Assembly (NCBI GenBank): GCA_965242795.1
Contig: OZ251505.1
Location: 363,000 to 426,999 of the forward strand
Direction: 5' to 3'
Origin: an uncultured Candidatus Binatia bacterium
GTDB lineage: Bacteria > Desulfobacterota > Binatia > Bin18
Length of the DNA stretch: 64,000 nt
Positions 52,124 through 62,630 of this stretch are shown piece after piece (within the stretch, counting starts at the first letter, position 1; each line of letters opens with the position of its first letter). The notes beneath the pieces are model-generated. The model was not told the DNA's origin and searched no databases. It saw only the letters and a program-made list of their open reading frames with translations. A program made the position numbers and the translations under genes.

Positions 52124-53278
52124 ATGCCCGAATCGGACGCCGAACAACGGCAAATCCTGTCCACCATCCACCGCTTCGTCGAGCGCGAGGTCAAACCCGT
52201 CGCCAGCGAACTGGAACACCGCGACGAATATCCGCACGCGCTGGTCGCGCGGATGCAGGAATTAGGGCTGTTCGGCGCGATCATTCCGACCGAGTACGGC
52301 GGGATGGGACTGTCGTTCACGACCTATGCGCTGATCATCGAGGAAATCTGCCGCGGCTGGATGAGTCTGACCGGCGTGTTGAACTCGCACTTGCTGTTCG
52401 CCCACATCCTGGCGCTGTTCGGCACCGAGGAGCAGAAGCGGCGCCTGCTGCCGGCCATGGCCAGCGGCGAGAAGCGCGGCGGCTTGGCGCTGACCGAGCC
52501 GCACGCCGGCAGCGACGTGCAACGCATCCGCACGACCGCCAAACGGCAGGGCGACCACTATCTGATCACCGGCACGAAGATGTTCATCACCAACGCGCGG
52601 CACGGGAACATCCTCGCCGTGGCGGCCAAGACCGACCCGGACGCGGACCCGGCCTACGCCGGCATCAGCCTGTTCGCCGCGGAAAAGGGCGCGCCCGGCC
52701 TGACCGTCAGCCGCGACATCAAGAAGTTGGGCTACAAGGGCCTGGACACCTGCGAACTCGCCTTCGAGGACTTTCCCGCGCCGGCGGACTCGCTGATCGG
52801 CGGGGAGGAAGGCCGCGGGTTCAAACACGTCATGGGCGGGCTGGAAGTGGGCCGCATCAACGTCGCGGCGCGTGCGGTCGGCGTGGCCCAGGCCGCGTTC
52901 GAGGAAGCCATCCGCTACGCCCAGCAACGCGAGACCTTCGGCAAACCGATCTGCGAGCATCAGGCCATCCAACTCAAGCTGGCCGACATGGCGACCAAGA
53001 TCGAGGCGTCGCGCCTGCTGGTCCGCCAAGCCGCGGAAAAGAAGGACAAGGGCGAACGCTGCGACCTGGAGGCCGGCATGGCCAAGCTGTTCGCCTCCGA
53101 GGCGTGCGAGGACGTCGCCCTGGAAGCCATGCGCGTGCTGGGCGGCTACGGGTACACGCAGGAGTTTCCGGTCGAGCGCTTCTACCGGGACGCGCCGCTG
53201 ATGATCATCGGCGAGGGCACGAGCGAAATCCAGAAGCTCGTGATCGCACGCAACCTGTTGAAGCAATACGCGGCGTAG
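52124..53278 (+). CDS. acyl-CoA dehydrogenase
   Basis: ACAD N, middle and C domains (…GLALTEPHAGSD…; …YRDAPLMIIGEGTSEIQKLVIAR...). Confidence 0.9.
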   Translation: MPESDAEQRQILSTIHRFVEREVKPVASELEHRDEYPHALVARMQELGLFGAIIPTEYGGMGLSFTTYALIIEEICRGWMSLTGVLNSHLLFAHILALFGTEEQKRRLLPAMASGEKRGGLALTEPHAGSDVQRIRTTAKRQGDHYLITGTKMFITNARHGNILAVAAKTDPDADPAYAGISLFAAEKGAPGLTVSRDIKKLGYKGLDTCELAFEDFPAPADSLIGGEEGRGFKHVMGGLEVGRINVAARAVGVAQAAFEEAIRYAQQRETFGKPICEHQAIQLKLADMATKIEASRLLVRQAAEKKDKGERCDLEAGMAKLFASEACEDVALEAMRVLGGYGYTQEFPVERFYRDAPLMIIGEGTSEIQKLVIARNLLKQYAA

Positions 53279-53563
53279 TGCCACAGGGGCCGGGCTTTTT
53301 CTCGCTTCTGTCACCCGGGTGCCGCACGTGCGGCCGCGGCCTGCTTGGAACGTCGCGGCCTTTTGTGTATCCTGCGCGCACCGTCGAAACGGACGCCTTC
53401 CCCAAGCGTCGCGCGTCCGACCCCTACGTTATGGATTGCTTCCACCGCCTCCTGTTCCCGGGGCCGCGGTCCCACGCCGGCCCCAGCCTCTAACCGACCG
53501 TGACATTGCTGCGCCGCAGCGAGCGTCCGTCCCGGAGCCCAGCCCCGGGACGTGGAGAAGATC

Positions 53564-55636
53564 ATGCCGACCCCTCTACACAGCATCCGCAACATCGGCA
53601 TCGTGGCCCACGTGGACAGCGGGAAGACCACGGTGAGCGAACGCATTCTGTACTACACCGGGCTGTCCCACAAAATCGGCGAGGTGCACGAGGGCACCGC
53701 GGTCACGGACTGGATGCCCCAGGAACGCGAGCGGGGCATTACGATCACCGCGGCCGCGATCACCTGCGACTGGAACGCGCACCAGATCAACATCATCGAC
53801 ACGCCCGGCCACGTGGATTTCACGACCGAGGTCGAACGCAGCCTGCGCGTGCTGGACGGCGCCATCGTGGTGTTCTGCGGGGTGGGCGGCGTCGAACCCC
53901 AATCGGAGACGGTCTGGCACCAGGCCGACAAATACCACGTGCCGCGCGTGGTCTTCGTCAACAAGCTCGACCGCGTCGGCGCGGACTTCCACGGCGTCGT
54001 GGAACAGATCCGCACGCGGCTGGGCGCCGACCCGCTGGTCGTCCAACTCCCCATCGGCGTGGAAGACGACATGCGCGGCGTGGTCGATCTCATCCGCGGC
54101 AAAGCCCTGGTGTGGGAGGAAGACACGCTGGGCGCCCGCGTGCACGAGGAAGACATCCCCGCGGAGATGCGCGACGACGCGGCCCGCTTCCACGACCTGC
54201 TGCTGGAGACGGTCGCGGACGCCGACGACGCGCTGCTGGAGAAGTATCTGGGCGGCGCACCGCTCACCGCGGAGGAGGTCGCCGCGGCGGTCCGCGCCAA
54301 GACCCAGGCGCTGGACGTCGTGCCGGTCTTGTGCGGCACCGCGCTGCGCAACAAGGGCGTCCAACCGCTGCTGGACGCCGTGGTCGGCTACCTGCCGCCG
54401 CCCGTCCGCCCGGTCAGCGGCAGCACCCCGGACGGTGAAGCCCGCACCTGGGAGGTGACCGACGACACCCTGGCCGGCTTGGCGTTCAAGACCATGCACG
54501 ACCCCTACGCCGGCCAGCTCACCTTCGTGCGCCTGTACAGCGGTACGCTCAAGACGGGCGACACGGTGTTCAACCCGCGCACCGGACGCAGCGAGCGCAT
54601 CGGCCGCCTCGTCCGCATGCACGCCGACAAGAAGGAGGATTTGGAAGAGGCCGCGGCCGGCGACATCATCGCCATCGTCGGACTCAAGCACTTCACCACC
54701 GGTGACACCATCGTCACGAAGCACAAGCCGGTCCTGCTGGAGTCGATCTCGTTCAAGGAGCCGGTGATTGCGATTGCGATCGAGCCCAAGACCAAGATCG
54801 ACTCCGAAAAGCTCGGCTTGGCCCTGCAGCGGCTGTCGTCCGAAGACCCGACGCTGGTCATCCAGACCGACGCCGAGACCGGCCAGACCATCCTGTCGGG
54901 TATGGGCGAACTGCACCTGGAGGTGATCCTCGACCGCCTCGGGCGCGAATTCAAAGCCGAGGTGAACACCGGCGTCCCGCAGGTGTCCTACCGCGAGACG
55001 ATCACCCGCGCGGCCGAGGCCGAGGGCCGCTACGTGCGCCAGACCGGGGGCCGCGGACAGTTCGGGCACGTCTATCTCAAGGTCGCACCCAACGACAACG
55101 AAGGCTTGGTCTTCGTCAACGCCATCAAGGGCGGCGCGATCCCCAGGGAATACATCGCCTCGGTCGAGCGCGGCGTCCGCGAGGCCGCCGGCAACGGCGT
55201 CGCCTACGGGTATCCGCTGCTGAACGCGACCGTCACGCTGTACGACGGCAACTACCACGAGGTGGATTCGTCGGAAGTCGCCTTCCAGATGGCCGGCTCG
55301 CTGGGCTTCAAGGCCGCGGTGCAGAAAGCCGGCGCGATTCTGTTGGAGCCCATCATGGACGTCGAGGTCGTCGTCCCCGAGGATTTCATGGGCACGGCGA
55401 TGGGCGACTTGCAGTCGCGCCGCGGCAAGGTGACGGAACTCGGCGAGCGCGGCGGCACCCAGCGCACCGTGACCGCCCACGTGCCGCTGGCGACCATGTT
55501 CGGCTACGCCACGACCATCCGGTCGCTCACGCAGGGACGGGCGACCTACACGATGGAGTTCGACCACTACGGCAAGGTCCCGGACAGCGTCATCGACGAG
55601 GCCCTGGGCCGTAAATCGGAACTGCAGGTCGGGTGA
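53564..55636 (+). CDS. fusA: elongation factor G (probable EF-G2-type paralog; not in an str operon context)
   Basis: [28 protein letters not shown]. Full five-domain EF-G. ATG at about 53564 with ggagaag RBS, preferred over the GTG at 53552. Confidence 0.9.
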   Translation: MPTPLHSIRNIGIVAHVDSGKTTVSERILYYTGLSHKIGEVHEGTAVTDWMPQERERGITITAAAITCDWNAHQINIIDTPGHVDFTTEVERSLRVLDGAIVVFCGVGGVEPQSETVWHQADKYHVPRVVFVNKLDRVGADFHGVVEQIRTRLGADPLVVQLPIGVEDDMRGVVDLIRGKALVWEEDTLGARVHEEDIPAEMRDDAARFHDLLLETVADADDALLEKYLGGAPLTAEEVAAAVRAKTQALDVVPVLCGTALRNKGVQPLLDAVVGYLPPPVRPVSGSTPDGEARTWEVTDDTLAGLAFKTMHDPYAGQLTFVRLYSGTLKTGDTVFNPRTGRSERIGRLVRMHADKKEDLEEAAAGDIIAIVGLKHFTTGDTIVTKHKPVLLESISFKEPVIAIAIEPKTKIDSEKLGLALQRLSSEDPTLVIQTDAETGQTILSGMGELHLEVILDRLGREFKAEVNTGVPQVSYRETITRAAEAEGRYVRQTGGRGQFGHVYLKVAPNDNEGLVFVNAIKGGAIPREYIASVERGVREAAGNGVAYGYPLLNATVTLYDGNYHEVDSSEVAFQMAGSLGFKAAVQKAGAILLEPIMDVEVVVPEDFMGTAMGDLQSRRGKVTELGERGGTQRTVTAHVPLATMFGYATTIRSLTQGRATYTMEFDHYGKVPDSVIDEALGRKSELQVG

Positions 55637-55671
55637 GAAAATCTTCCGCGGCCAACGCTCCGCTCTCCCCC

Positions 55672-55700
55672 GTAGGGGCGACGCATGCGTCGCCCCTACA
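55672..55700. repeat. Family-B palindromic REP-like element after fusA
   Basis: gtaggggcgacgcatgcgtcgcccctacac. Confidence 0.6.
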
Positions 55701-55818
55701 CCTGTTGCACGTCACGCCTTCCGTGGAGTTGGGACAGGGACCCGGAACGAGCCGCCTCCCTACGCGCGTTGCGCGGAACGGCACTCCTGCCTACAATTCG
55801 CGCGTTCACTGAGACCGA

Positions 55819-55904
55819 AGCCGGAGTGGTGGAACTGGTAGACACATGGGACTTAAAATCCCATGAGGCTTCGCCTCGTGCGGGTTCGACCCCCGCCTCC
55901 GGCA
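55819..55904 (+). tRNA. tRNA-Leu (anticodon UAA)
   Basis: GCCGGAG acceptor / D-arm / anticodon stem ATGGG-CTTAAAA-CCCAT (anticodon TAA) / long variable arm GAGGCTTCGCCTC / T-arm GCGGGTTCGACCCCCGC / CTCCGGC-A. CCA is not encoded. Confidence 0.85.
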
Positions 55905-55985
55905 CTTAATGGTGGACGCCCGACCGATCGGACACCGGCACTCCCCGTCCCCTCTCCCCGTCCCCCAAGCTTGGCGAAGGCCGGC

Positions 55986-57065
55986 TCAGTATTTGGCGAT
56001 CACCTGCTCGGCGAAGTCCTGGTACACCTCGCGGCTCGTCTTGAGCGGCGGCAGCAACGAGATTTCGCGCAGCCCCGACCGCTCGGCCGCCCGGATCTCA
56101 GCGATCAACTCGTCGGGCTCGCCCACCATGCACGAGCCCTTGATCGTCTCGGGGGTGATGAAGCGGCGTTCCTCGGGCACGTGGTAGGTGCAGTGCCCAT
56201 CGTGGATCTGCAGGTAGCGCTTCTCGCGCGGCGTTTCCATGCGCTCGACCTGGTCGCGGTATTCTTCCCAGACGTCGGCGAACGCGGCCGGCACGCCGCT
56301 CTCGTCCCCGGTCTGCTCGTAGATTTCGTACACGAAGTGCAGGGCACAGGTGACCCACGAGCCGCAGGCTTCGATCACGCGGTCGGCGGTCAGCTTCTCG
56401 CCCGGCTTCAGGACCACCGCGGTCGTCAACGCCGTGGTGTGGAAATCGTCCGTCAGCGTGCGGTCGGCCCGCTGCGCGCCCCCGCGCACCCGGTCCATGT
56501 TGGCCTGCAACACCTCGCTCTTTTCGTTGAACAGCGACACCAGACCGTCGGCGTATTCGCCCGCGGTGCGCAGTGCCAGCGGGCCGTTGGCCGCCACGTA
56601 GATGGGAATCGGATGCTCCAGGTCGATGAACCTCAGGTCCCGGTGCAGAAACCGGATCGTCCGCGTGGTGCCGTTGAAGGTATATTCGACTTCGCCGCCG
56701 CCCAGCAGCGTGCGCACGACGCGCAGATACTCGCGGAATTCCCTGATCTTCATCGGCTGCATGCCCATCACCCGCATGGCGGTATGTCCTGTCCCGATGC
56801 CTAGAAAGACGCGGCCGGGCGCGATACGGTTGATCGAGGCGATGGAATGGGCGGTGACCGGGGCGATGCGCGTGCCGGGAATCGCCACACCCGTCCCAAG
56901 GCGGAGCCGCGAGGTGTTCTGTGCGGCCAAGGCGAGCGTGGCGTAACAGTCCGACCAGATCATCTGCGAGTCGGGCACCCAGGCGGCGTCGAAGCCCAGG
57001 TCTTCGACGTATTTGAAGACGTCCCAGTTATCGATCTTGGTATGCGCGGTAATGCTGAATTGCAT
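55986..57065 (-). CDS. LLM-class (luciferase-like) flavin/F420-dependent oxidoreductase
   Basis: MQFSITAHTKIDNWDVFKYVEDLGFDAAWVPDSQMIW...LGIGTGHTAMRVMG... is the bacterial luciferase-like TIM barrel. Confidence 0.85.
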   Translation of the reverse strand: MQFSITAHTKIDNWDVFKYVEDLGFDAAWVPDSQMIWSDCYATLALAAQNTSRLRLGTGVAIPGTRIAPVTAHSIASINRIAPGRVFLGIGTGHTAMRVMGMQPMKIREFREYLRVVRTLLGGGEVEYTFNGTTRTIRFLHRDLRFIDLEHPIPIYVAANGPLALRTAGEYADGLVSLFNEKSEVLQANMDRVRGGAQRADRTLTDDFHTTALTTAVVLKPGEKLTADRVIEACGSWVTCALHFVYEIYEQTGDESGVPAAFADVWEEYRDQVERMETPREKRYLQIHDGHCTYHVPEERRFITPETIKGSCMVGEPDELIAEIRAAERSGLREISLLPPLKTSREVYQDFAEQVIAKY

Positions 57066-57204
57066 GGCCTTCCTCCTTGCGGGATGCGTTCGGCGCCCCG
57101 ATGTATCACTCGCCGCGGGCGGCGACAAATCCGGGCACCGGTCGACAACGTCCAGGGTGACGATTCCAGGGTCAATACTCCGTTGTGCGCTGGTGCTCCC
57201 CCCT

Positions 57205-57470
57205 CAGTTCGTTGAGCTTGCGGTGCCTTGAGCCTGTCGAAAGGTCGAAACGAACCCCGTCGAAGGACGTCGAATGGAAGGGGGCGAAAGATACGAAAGA
57301 GGAATAGGCATGGTGGACTCCCTCTATACCCTCCTCGTCAACGGTTCCGTGCCGTGTCCGGAGGGGCGAAAGATTTTTCGCCCCTACACCCCCGTTCAAA
57401 GTCAGCGGTGGCCGGATCCCTGGCCCCTGAGTCTGTCGAAGGGCGGGAGAGGGCTACAGCCTGCCCCAGA
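57205..57470. repeat. Composite dispersed-repeat array (A-B-A) between the LLM gene and the lipoprotein gene
   Basis: gttcgttgagcttgcggtgccttgagcctgtcgaaaggtcgaaacgaacc (near-identical 50-mer again at about 62925-62985); ggaggggcgaaagatttttcgcccctacac; tgagtctgtcgaagggcgggagagggctacagcctgcccc. Confidence 0.65.
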
Positions 57471-57592
57471 CTTGATCCGGGGGGAGAAGGCGTCCCGCAG
57501 CAGTGCATAAGCCCAGAATTAGCAGGTCGAGGCACTCGCCGGACACTGTCCGGTTTGACTCGCTCGGGCAGCGGCTCTAGGCTTGGGCCCGT

Positions 57593-58948
57593 ATGCTCAT
57601 CAAGCCGGACGCTCGGCCGCGGCGCACCAGCGGGTCGGGGACGTGGCTGCTCCTGGCCGGGTTCGGGCTGGCGAGTCTCGGGCAGGCCGGTTGCAGTGCC
57701 CGCCCGCCACACCCTCCGGTTTCCAAGACGCCCGCGCAGGCCGAATCCGTCCCACCGCGACAAGAAACCGCGGACCTCGCTGCGGACGATGACCGTCGCG
57801 CCGAACTCGCCTGGGAATTTCTGGCGCGCGTGGACGAGGCGGGATTGATCCAGCCGCAGCCGGACGAAGCGGACATCCAACCGGCCTTGTCGCAAAAGAG
57901 ACCCGCAGATTCCCCTTTGCCGCCGGAGAAGGCCCCGCCACCTTTCGACAATCTCGAAGCGTCACAGGCTCGGGGTTCCGGGTCGGTGTGGAACTCGCAG
58001 GGTTCCGAGGAGGACGACGTCCCCCCCCTTCCCGCCCTCGGTCTGCGCGAAAGCGAGCCGGAGTCGAGTTGGCTCGCCTGGGTGCCGGGGCTGTCGGACG
58101 AACCCGCGGCCGCGAACGGGAATGGCCGTTACCGGGTCGAGCACGACCTGCTGAGCGTCGTCGGCCCGTTCCAGCGCTTGGCGAACAAGGATACCTACCG
58201 CTACCCGCTGCCCAAGGACGCGACCGGCGCCAGTGTGCACAAGGCTACGCTCGTCCGCCTCCGCGACTACGAAACCCAACGCCCCGGCGCCTATCCCGCC
58301 ATTGTCGCCTTCACGCGTGGCCGTGCCTACGAGGCGCTGCACGCCTACGCTCAGGCGCGGGCGGCCTACCAGCGCGTGGCGCAGGGGAAGACCCGCTTCA
58401 AGGACCAAGCCGCGCGGGCCGTCGAAGCGCTGACCGCGTTCGAGAATTTGAAGCAGCGCGCCCCCGGCGGCACCACGCCCGTGGCATACATTCAGGCCCT
58501 CGACGAACTGGGCGAGCAGTGGCAGGAGTTGACCCAACGGTACGCCGGCACGCCCTACGAGGCGCTGGCGCGGGAGGAAGAAGAACATCTCGACCGGGCC
58601 AAGGTGGCCTTCATCGAAATCAACCGCCACCGGATCGAGGACGGCAACGAGAGCGTCATCCTCGCCTACCAGCAGTTGCTCGACAAACACCGCGACAGCA
58701 AACACCGCTACCGGTACCGGCTCGAACTCGGCGACTTCTACGTGGCCCTGGCGCACGAGTACGCGGCCCAGTACGATCCCGAAAGCCTCCGGTTCGACCG
58801 GCAGATCTTCGAGCGGCTGGGACAGGCCGCGCTCCAACACTACGCCGCGGTCGCCCAACGGGACGGCACCATCGAAAAGCTCGAAGCCAAGGGCAAGCTC
58901 GACGCCCTGCAAGCGTACATGGCCAGAGTCGGACGCCTGGGACGCTGA
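57593..58948 (+). CDS. hypothetical lipoprotein (Pro/Glu-rich N-terminal region; helical C-terminal domain)
   Basis: Lipobox ...LASLGQAGC; no recognisable domain; 451 aa. Confidence 0.6.
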   Translation: MLIKPDARPRRTSGSGTWLLLAGFGLASLGQAGCSARPPHPPVSKTPAQAESVPPRQETADLAADDDRRAELAWEFLARVDEAGLIQPQPDEADIQPALSQKRPADSPLPPEKAPPPFDNLEASQARGSGSVWNSQGSEEDDVPPLPALGLRESEPESSWLAWVPGLSDEPAAANGNGRYRVEHDLLSVVGPFQRLANKDTYRYPLPKDATGASVHKATLVRLRDYETQRPGAYPAIVAFTRGRAYEALHAYAQARAAYQRVAQGKTRFKDQAARAVEALTAFENLKQRAPGGTTPVAYIQALDELGEQWQELTQRYAGTPYEALAREEEEHLDRAKVAFIEINRHRIEDGNESVILAYQQLLDKHRDSKHRYRYRLELGDFYVALAHEYAAQYDPESLRFDRQIFERLGQAALQHYAAVAQRDGTIEKLEAKGKLDALQAYMARVGRLGR

Positions 58949-58968
58949 CCCCCCGAAAGACACGCTCC

Positions 58969-61002
58969 ATGTGGCGCCCTCTCCTCGTTCTGCTGCTGTG
59001 CTGGCACGTGGCCACGCCGCTCGCGGCGCACGGTTTCTCCGATCCCCTCGCCCGGCGCGTGACCGAGTTCTTTCCGACCTACAACCCGTTCGTTCCGCCG
59101 CTGCCGCCCGAACGCTATTTCCCGGACGAGGTGGGCGAGCAGGTCGCGGACGCGATCATCGACGGCTTCCTCGACGACCCGGCCGCGCTGCGGAATCGCG
59201 TCGCCCGGCTCGCCGCGCACGACGCGCAACTCCGGGCGGACGGCGAGCAGCCCACCGGCGTGACCCCGCTGGCCCGGGCGTTGCTGTATCGTTCGGTAGA
59301 TGCGGAGTCCGCGGCGTCGCTGCCGATCGCCGAGATGGACGCCGCACCCGACGACATCCTCGCCTACGCCGACACGCTGTACGCCGCGCAGACGCGCTAT
59401 CGCGTGGCGCGTCTGTTCAACTGGCTGTTGTCCACGGTCGACGTCGCGCGCCTGTTCCTCGGCGCGCCCGCGGGGCCGAGCCCGTACGCGGCGCAAGGCG
59501 TGCTCTCCACGGTCGGCAACGGAGACGGTCCGAGCGCCCGCGAGCGCAAGGCGCTCGCCCTGTACCGTCTGTTTCTCGAACGCGCGCCCGACGACCCCCG
59601 CGTCCCGGAGGTCGAGGAGAAGATCGGCCTGCTGGACGGCAAGCGCAAACGCGCGCTGGTGCGGGCCGAACTGGAACGCGCCGAACGCGCCTTTGCCGAG
59701 GAAGACTACTGGACGGCGAACTTCCACTATCAACTCGCGCTGCTGGTCGATGAAGATGCGGAAGACGCCAAGGCCGGTATCCGCACCGTCGAGCACCATC
59801 TCCGACATTACGAAGCCCTGGACCGGGACGCGGACGCCCCCGACCCGCTGGCCGGCGTGAAGCAGGCCGAGTGGGAGCACAGCAAGGAAACCCTGACCTA
59901 TCTGTTGCCCGGCAGCCGCTTCGTCAAAGACAACCTGGTCGTGGCCGGCCTGCAGATCGGCACCGAAGGGCTGGTCGGCGCGGCCACGTTCGGCGGGCTG
60001 ACCCTCCTCCAGACCCTCGGAAAAGTCTGGCATCTGCTGACCGGCCAAGCCGTCTCGCAACAGGGCATCATCACCGCCGGCGAAAAATATCTGCACGAGA
60101 CTCCACCCGAAGAACGCGACCCCGAAATCTATCCCACGCTGGCCAAGGCGTACGCCGCGCAGGGCCGGCTCGATCAGGCCATCCGCTACTCCGCGTTGGC
60201 CGGAGAGACCGACGAGATTCCCAAGTTGCAGGAGGCCGCGGCCAAAGGGTTGCGCAAGCAGGCCGAGGCCGCCGCGCATCGGACCGAAAAGGCGGCCCTC
60301 CTGCGCCGCGTGGTGGAGCACTACCCGGACAGCGAGGCGGCCAAGGAAGCGCGTGAGGAATTGCGCGACGTCGAACGGCCCGAACGACAAGGCTTGCGGC
60401 TGAGCAAATCGTTCCTGCGCGAAAACCCGGACCTGTTCGGCCCGCAGGGGCTCGGGATCAAGCCCGGGCTGTACGACGGCGATTGGGACAATCTGGAGTT
60501 GACGGACGACGGGATCGTGTTGTGCCCACGCGGCGACCTGACCCTGCTGCTGGAAAGCGACGACGGGCCGCGCACCAAGGTCTATGGCGTCCCCACCACG
60601 CTGTGGCAGCAGTTCTGGCACCGGTTCCGCGAAAAGGGCCATGCCGACGCCCTCGCCCGCGGCGACCTGAAGATCGCCAAGCTCGTGCAGGGCGTCGAGG
60701 TCGCGGACGTCGCACTGAAGAGCGAATTCGAGAAACAGGACGAGGCCGGCTGGCGTCTGCTCCCCGAACTCACGGGCAGTGTGGGCGAAGGGTTCGACGT
60801 GCGCGGCCATTTGCCCGAGGACGTGCTGGGCACGCGGCTCGCGTTCGGTCGGGACGAACGCAGCAGCTACGTCGGCGTCGAAGTGCCCATGCCGCTCGTG
60901 CCGGTCGATTTCCTGCTCGTCGGCCGCAGCGGCGTGCCCTCGCTCTATCCGCGCATCCGCCTACCCGAGCACCAAGTCGAGGACACCGAATTGTACCGCT
61001 AG
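58969..61002 (+). CDS. hypothetical secreted protein (677 aa) co-oriented 20 bp downstream of the lipoprotein gene
   Basis: Signal peptide MWRPLLVLLLCWHVATPLAAHG within ORF 57988..61002. Helical, TPR-like stretches (…AKAYAAQGRLDQAIRYSALAG…). No confident family. Confidence 0.6.
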   Translation: MWRPLLVLLLCWHVATPLAAHGFSDPLARRVTEFFPTYNPFVPPLPPERYFPDEVGEQVADAIIDGFLDDPAALRNRVARLAAHDAQLRADGEQPTGVTPLARALLYRSVDAESAASLPIAEMDAAPDDILAYADTLYAAQTRYRVARLFNWLLSTVDVARLFLGAPAGPSPYAAQGVLSTVGNGDGPSARERKALALYRLFLERAPDDPRVPEVEEKIGLLDGKRKRALVRAELERAERAFAEEDYWTANFHYQLALLVDEDAEDAKAGIRTVEHHLRHYEALDRDADAPDPLAGVKQAEWEHSKETLTYLLPGSRFVKDNLVVAGLQIGTEGLVGAATFGGLTLLQTLGKVWHLLTGQAVSQQGIITAGEKYLHETPPEERDPEIYPTLAKAYAAQGRLDQAIRYSALAGETDEIPKLQEAAAKGLRKQAEAAAHRTEKAALLRRVVEHYPDSEAAKEAREELRDVERPERQGLRLSKSFLRENPDLFGPQGLGIKPGLYDGDWDNLELTDDGIVLCPRGDLTLLLESDDGPRTKVYGVPTTLWQQFWHRFREKGHADALARGDLKIAKLVQGVEVADVALKSEFEKQDEAGWRLLPELTGSVGEGFDVRGHLPEDVLGTRLAFGRDERSSYVGVEVPMPLVPVDFLLVGRSGVPSLYPRIRLPEHQVEDTELYR

Positions 61003-61192
61003 GCGTCCGCGGCAGGGGTGCGGAGGCCGAGGTGACCTCGGGGGTCGTTTCGATCCTTCGACATGGTTCGACAAATTCCCTAACCGAGCTCAGGACAGCG
61101 CAGGCTCAACGAACCCAGGGGGGGAGGCGGGGGAGGTCCTTGAGCCTGTCGAAAGGCCGGGGGCGGGGACAGCGAGGGAGAGCCGTAGCTCC

Positions 61193-61672
61193 CTATCGTT
61201 GCCTCGGCTTTCGGAACCGGTCGTGACAGGTGTCGCACGTCCCGAACATCGCCCGGAGATGGGTCCGGGCCGCTTCTGCATCACCGCGCTCCGCTGCAAC
61301 GGCGAGGGCGTCGGCTTCCGTGCTCAGGAGCTTCGCGGAGGCGACAAACGCTTGCCAATCGTTCCAGATGTCGTCTTTGGCCCGGGACGCCGCGGTCCCG
61401 CTGCCCGCGGGAAACAACGCTTCGATGCGCGTGGCGTGAATGGCGATGGCCGCGGCGTGCAGCTTGACCTCGTCGAGCCGGCCGGCCTCGACCTTGGCTT
61501 CCACGGCATCGGCGTTCTCGTCGATGTTCTCCATGACGTAAGCCCGAAACGCCACCACGTCGCCCGGGTCCGGCAACCGTTCCGGATGATTTTCGTGTGC
61601 GAACCCCGACCCGCTCAGAGCGTATAAATATCCCACCAGTCCGATCGCGGCAGCCAATCCAGACGCTTTCAT
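61193..61672 (-). CDS. cytochrome c' (class II c-type cytochrome)
   Basis: Signal peptide MKASGLAAAIGLVGYLYALSGSGFA. Four-helix-bundle-sized mature protein with C-terminal CxxCH (FGTCDTCHDRFR). Start internal to ORF 61193..61828. Confidence 0.8.
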   Translation of the reverse strand: MKASGLAAAIGLVGYLYALSGSGFAHENHPERLPDPGDVVAFRAYVMENIDENADAVEAKVEAGRLDEVKLHAAAIAIHATRIEALFPAGSGTAASRAKDDIWNDWQAFVASAKLLSTEADALAVAAERGDAEAARTHLRAMFGTCDTCHDRFRKPRQR

Positions 61673-61809
61673 TCGGCACCTCCGAGGCAATTCGAGAACT
61701 CGCCGCTCCCCCGGACGCTCGCCACGGCGGCGTACCCGGCTCTGGATACACGACCCGAGCCCGAACGTCGGCAGGATTCGGTAGTGTCCAATTTGAACCT
61801 TAGACCATT

Positions 61810-62060
61810 GCTGGTTGTGTAGGGGCAACCCCCTGTGATCCCTGAGCCCGTCGAAGGGTGGTTACCCTGGGGCGAGGACGGGCAGGCACAGGGGCCTGCC
61901 CCTACACGCGGAGGCCGACATTCATCGAAAGGGAATTTCGGACTGAGACACTACCCAGGGTTCCGATTTCTGTATCCGCAGAACCGCTCCCGATCAATCG
62001 TCCACGCGGGTTCCTCGCGTCGTATCGAGATTCGGCGGCGTGCTTGGGCAACCGCTGGGA
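61810..62060. repeat. Composite dispersed-repeat element (B-half / family A / B)
   Basis: gtaggggcaaccccctgtgatccctgagcccgtcgaagggtggttaccctggggcgaggacgggcaggcacaggggcctgcccctacacgc. Confidence 0.55.
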
Positions 62061-62071
62061 GGCTGGTATAG

Positions 62072-62560
62072 GTGGACGCCATGTCCAGGCTTCGGCTCGT
62101 TTTCGGGGTCGGCGGGTTCCTGCTGCTGGGAAGCGCCGCCATGATCTACCTGTTCACCGTTCTCGGAGAATCGTCCCTGTACAGCGCATGGGGGTATTCG
62201 GTCTCCGCGGATTTCGAGAGCGCGTCGGGCCTGGGACCCGGGGCGCCGGTCGAGATCGCGGGCGTGCGCGTCGGCCGGGTGGACGACGTACAGTTGACCG
62301 GCACGCGCGCTACGGTGCGCCTGACCATTCAGAACGGGATTCGGATTCAGGAGGACGCGATCGCCTCCATCCAGACCAAGGGACTCCTCGGCGGACCGTA
62401 TTTGCAGATTTCGCTCGGCGGCTCGGACCGCGTGATTCCACCCGGTGGCACACTCCGCGAGACCGTGTCGCCCATCGACCTGCCCGGACTGATGGCCGCC
62501 TACGTGGCCGGCCGCAAACAACAACCGCCGCCCGACGCCGCGGACGGGGCCTCCCCCTGA
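62072..62560 (+). CDS. mlaD: MlaD-like MCE-domain protein (single TM anchor)
   Basis: TM anchor LVFGVGGFLLLGSAAMIYLF then an MCE domain (YSVSADFESASGLGPGAPVEIAGVRVGRVDDVQLTGTRATVRLTIQNGIRIQEDAIASIQTKGLLGGPYLQI). Confidence 0.75.
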   Translation: MDAMSRLRLVFGVGGFLLLGSAAMIYLFTVLGESSLYSAWGYSVSADFESASGLGPGAPVEIAGVRVGRVDDVQLTGTRATVRLTIQNGIRIQEDAIASIQTKGLLGGPYLQISLGGSDRVIPPGGTLRETVSPIDLPGLMAAYVAGRKQQPPPDAADGASP

Positions 62561-62630
62561 CCTGCGGCGCGCAACTCCCTCCGGATCTGTGATCCTTACC
62601 CGGCCTCCAGACGAGAACCTACGTGCCCCG

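Noticed and set aside
47539-52320. Multiple 850-950-aa ORFs on both strands over the mutL/mutS genes
   Set aside because: MutL and MutS motifs are only in frames 47512..49380 and 49377..51881 (minus). The others are high-GC antisense or alternate-frame ORFs.
53552-53563. GTG start of the fusA ORF (MEKIM...) as given in the ORF track
   Set aside because: The ATG 12 bp downstream has a properly spaced ggagaag RBS and yields the canonical EF-G N-terminus.
53576-55567. 663-aa minus-strand ORF antisense to fusA
   Set aside because: No domain; the sense strand encodes full-length EF-G.
58840-60810. 656-aa minus-strand ORF antisense to the 677-aa secreted protein gene
   Set aside because: No signal or domain. 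The sense gene has a signal peptide and consistent codon usage. Both are domain-less, so this is a softer call than the others.
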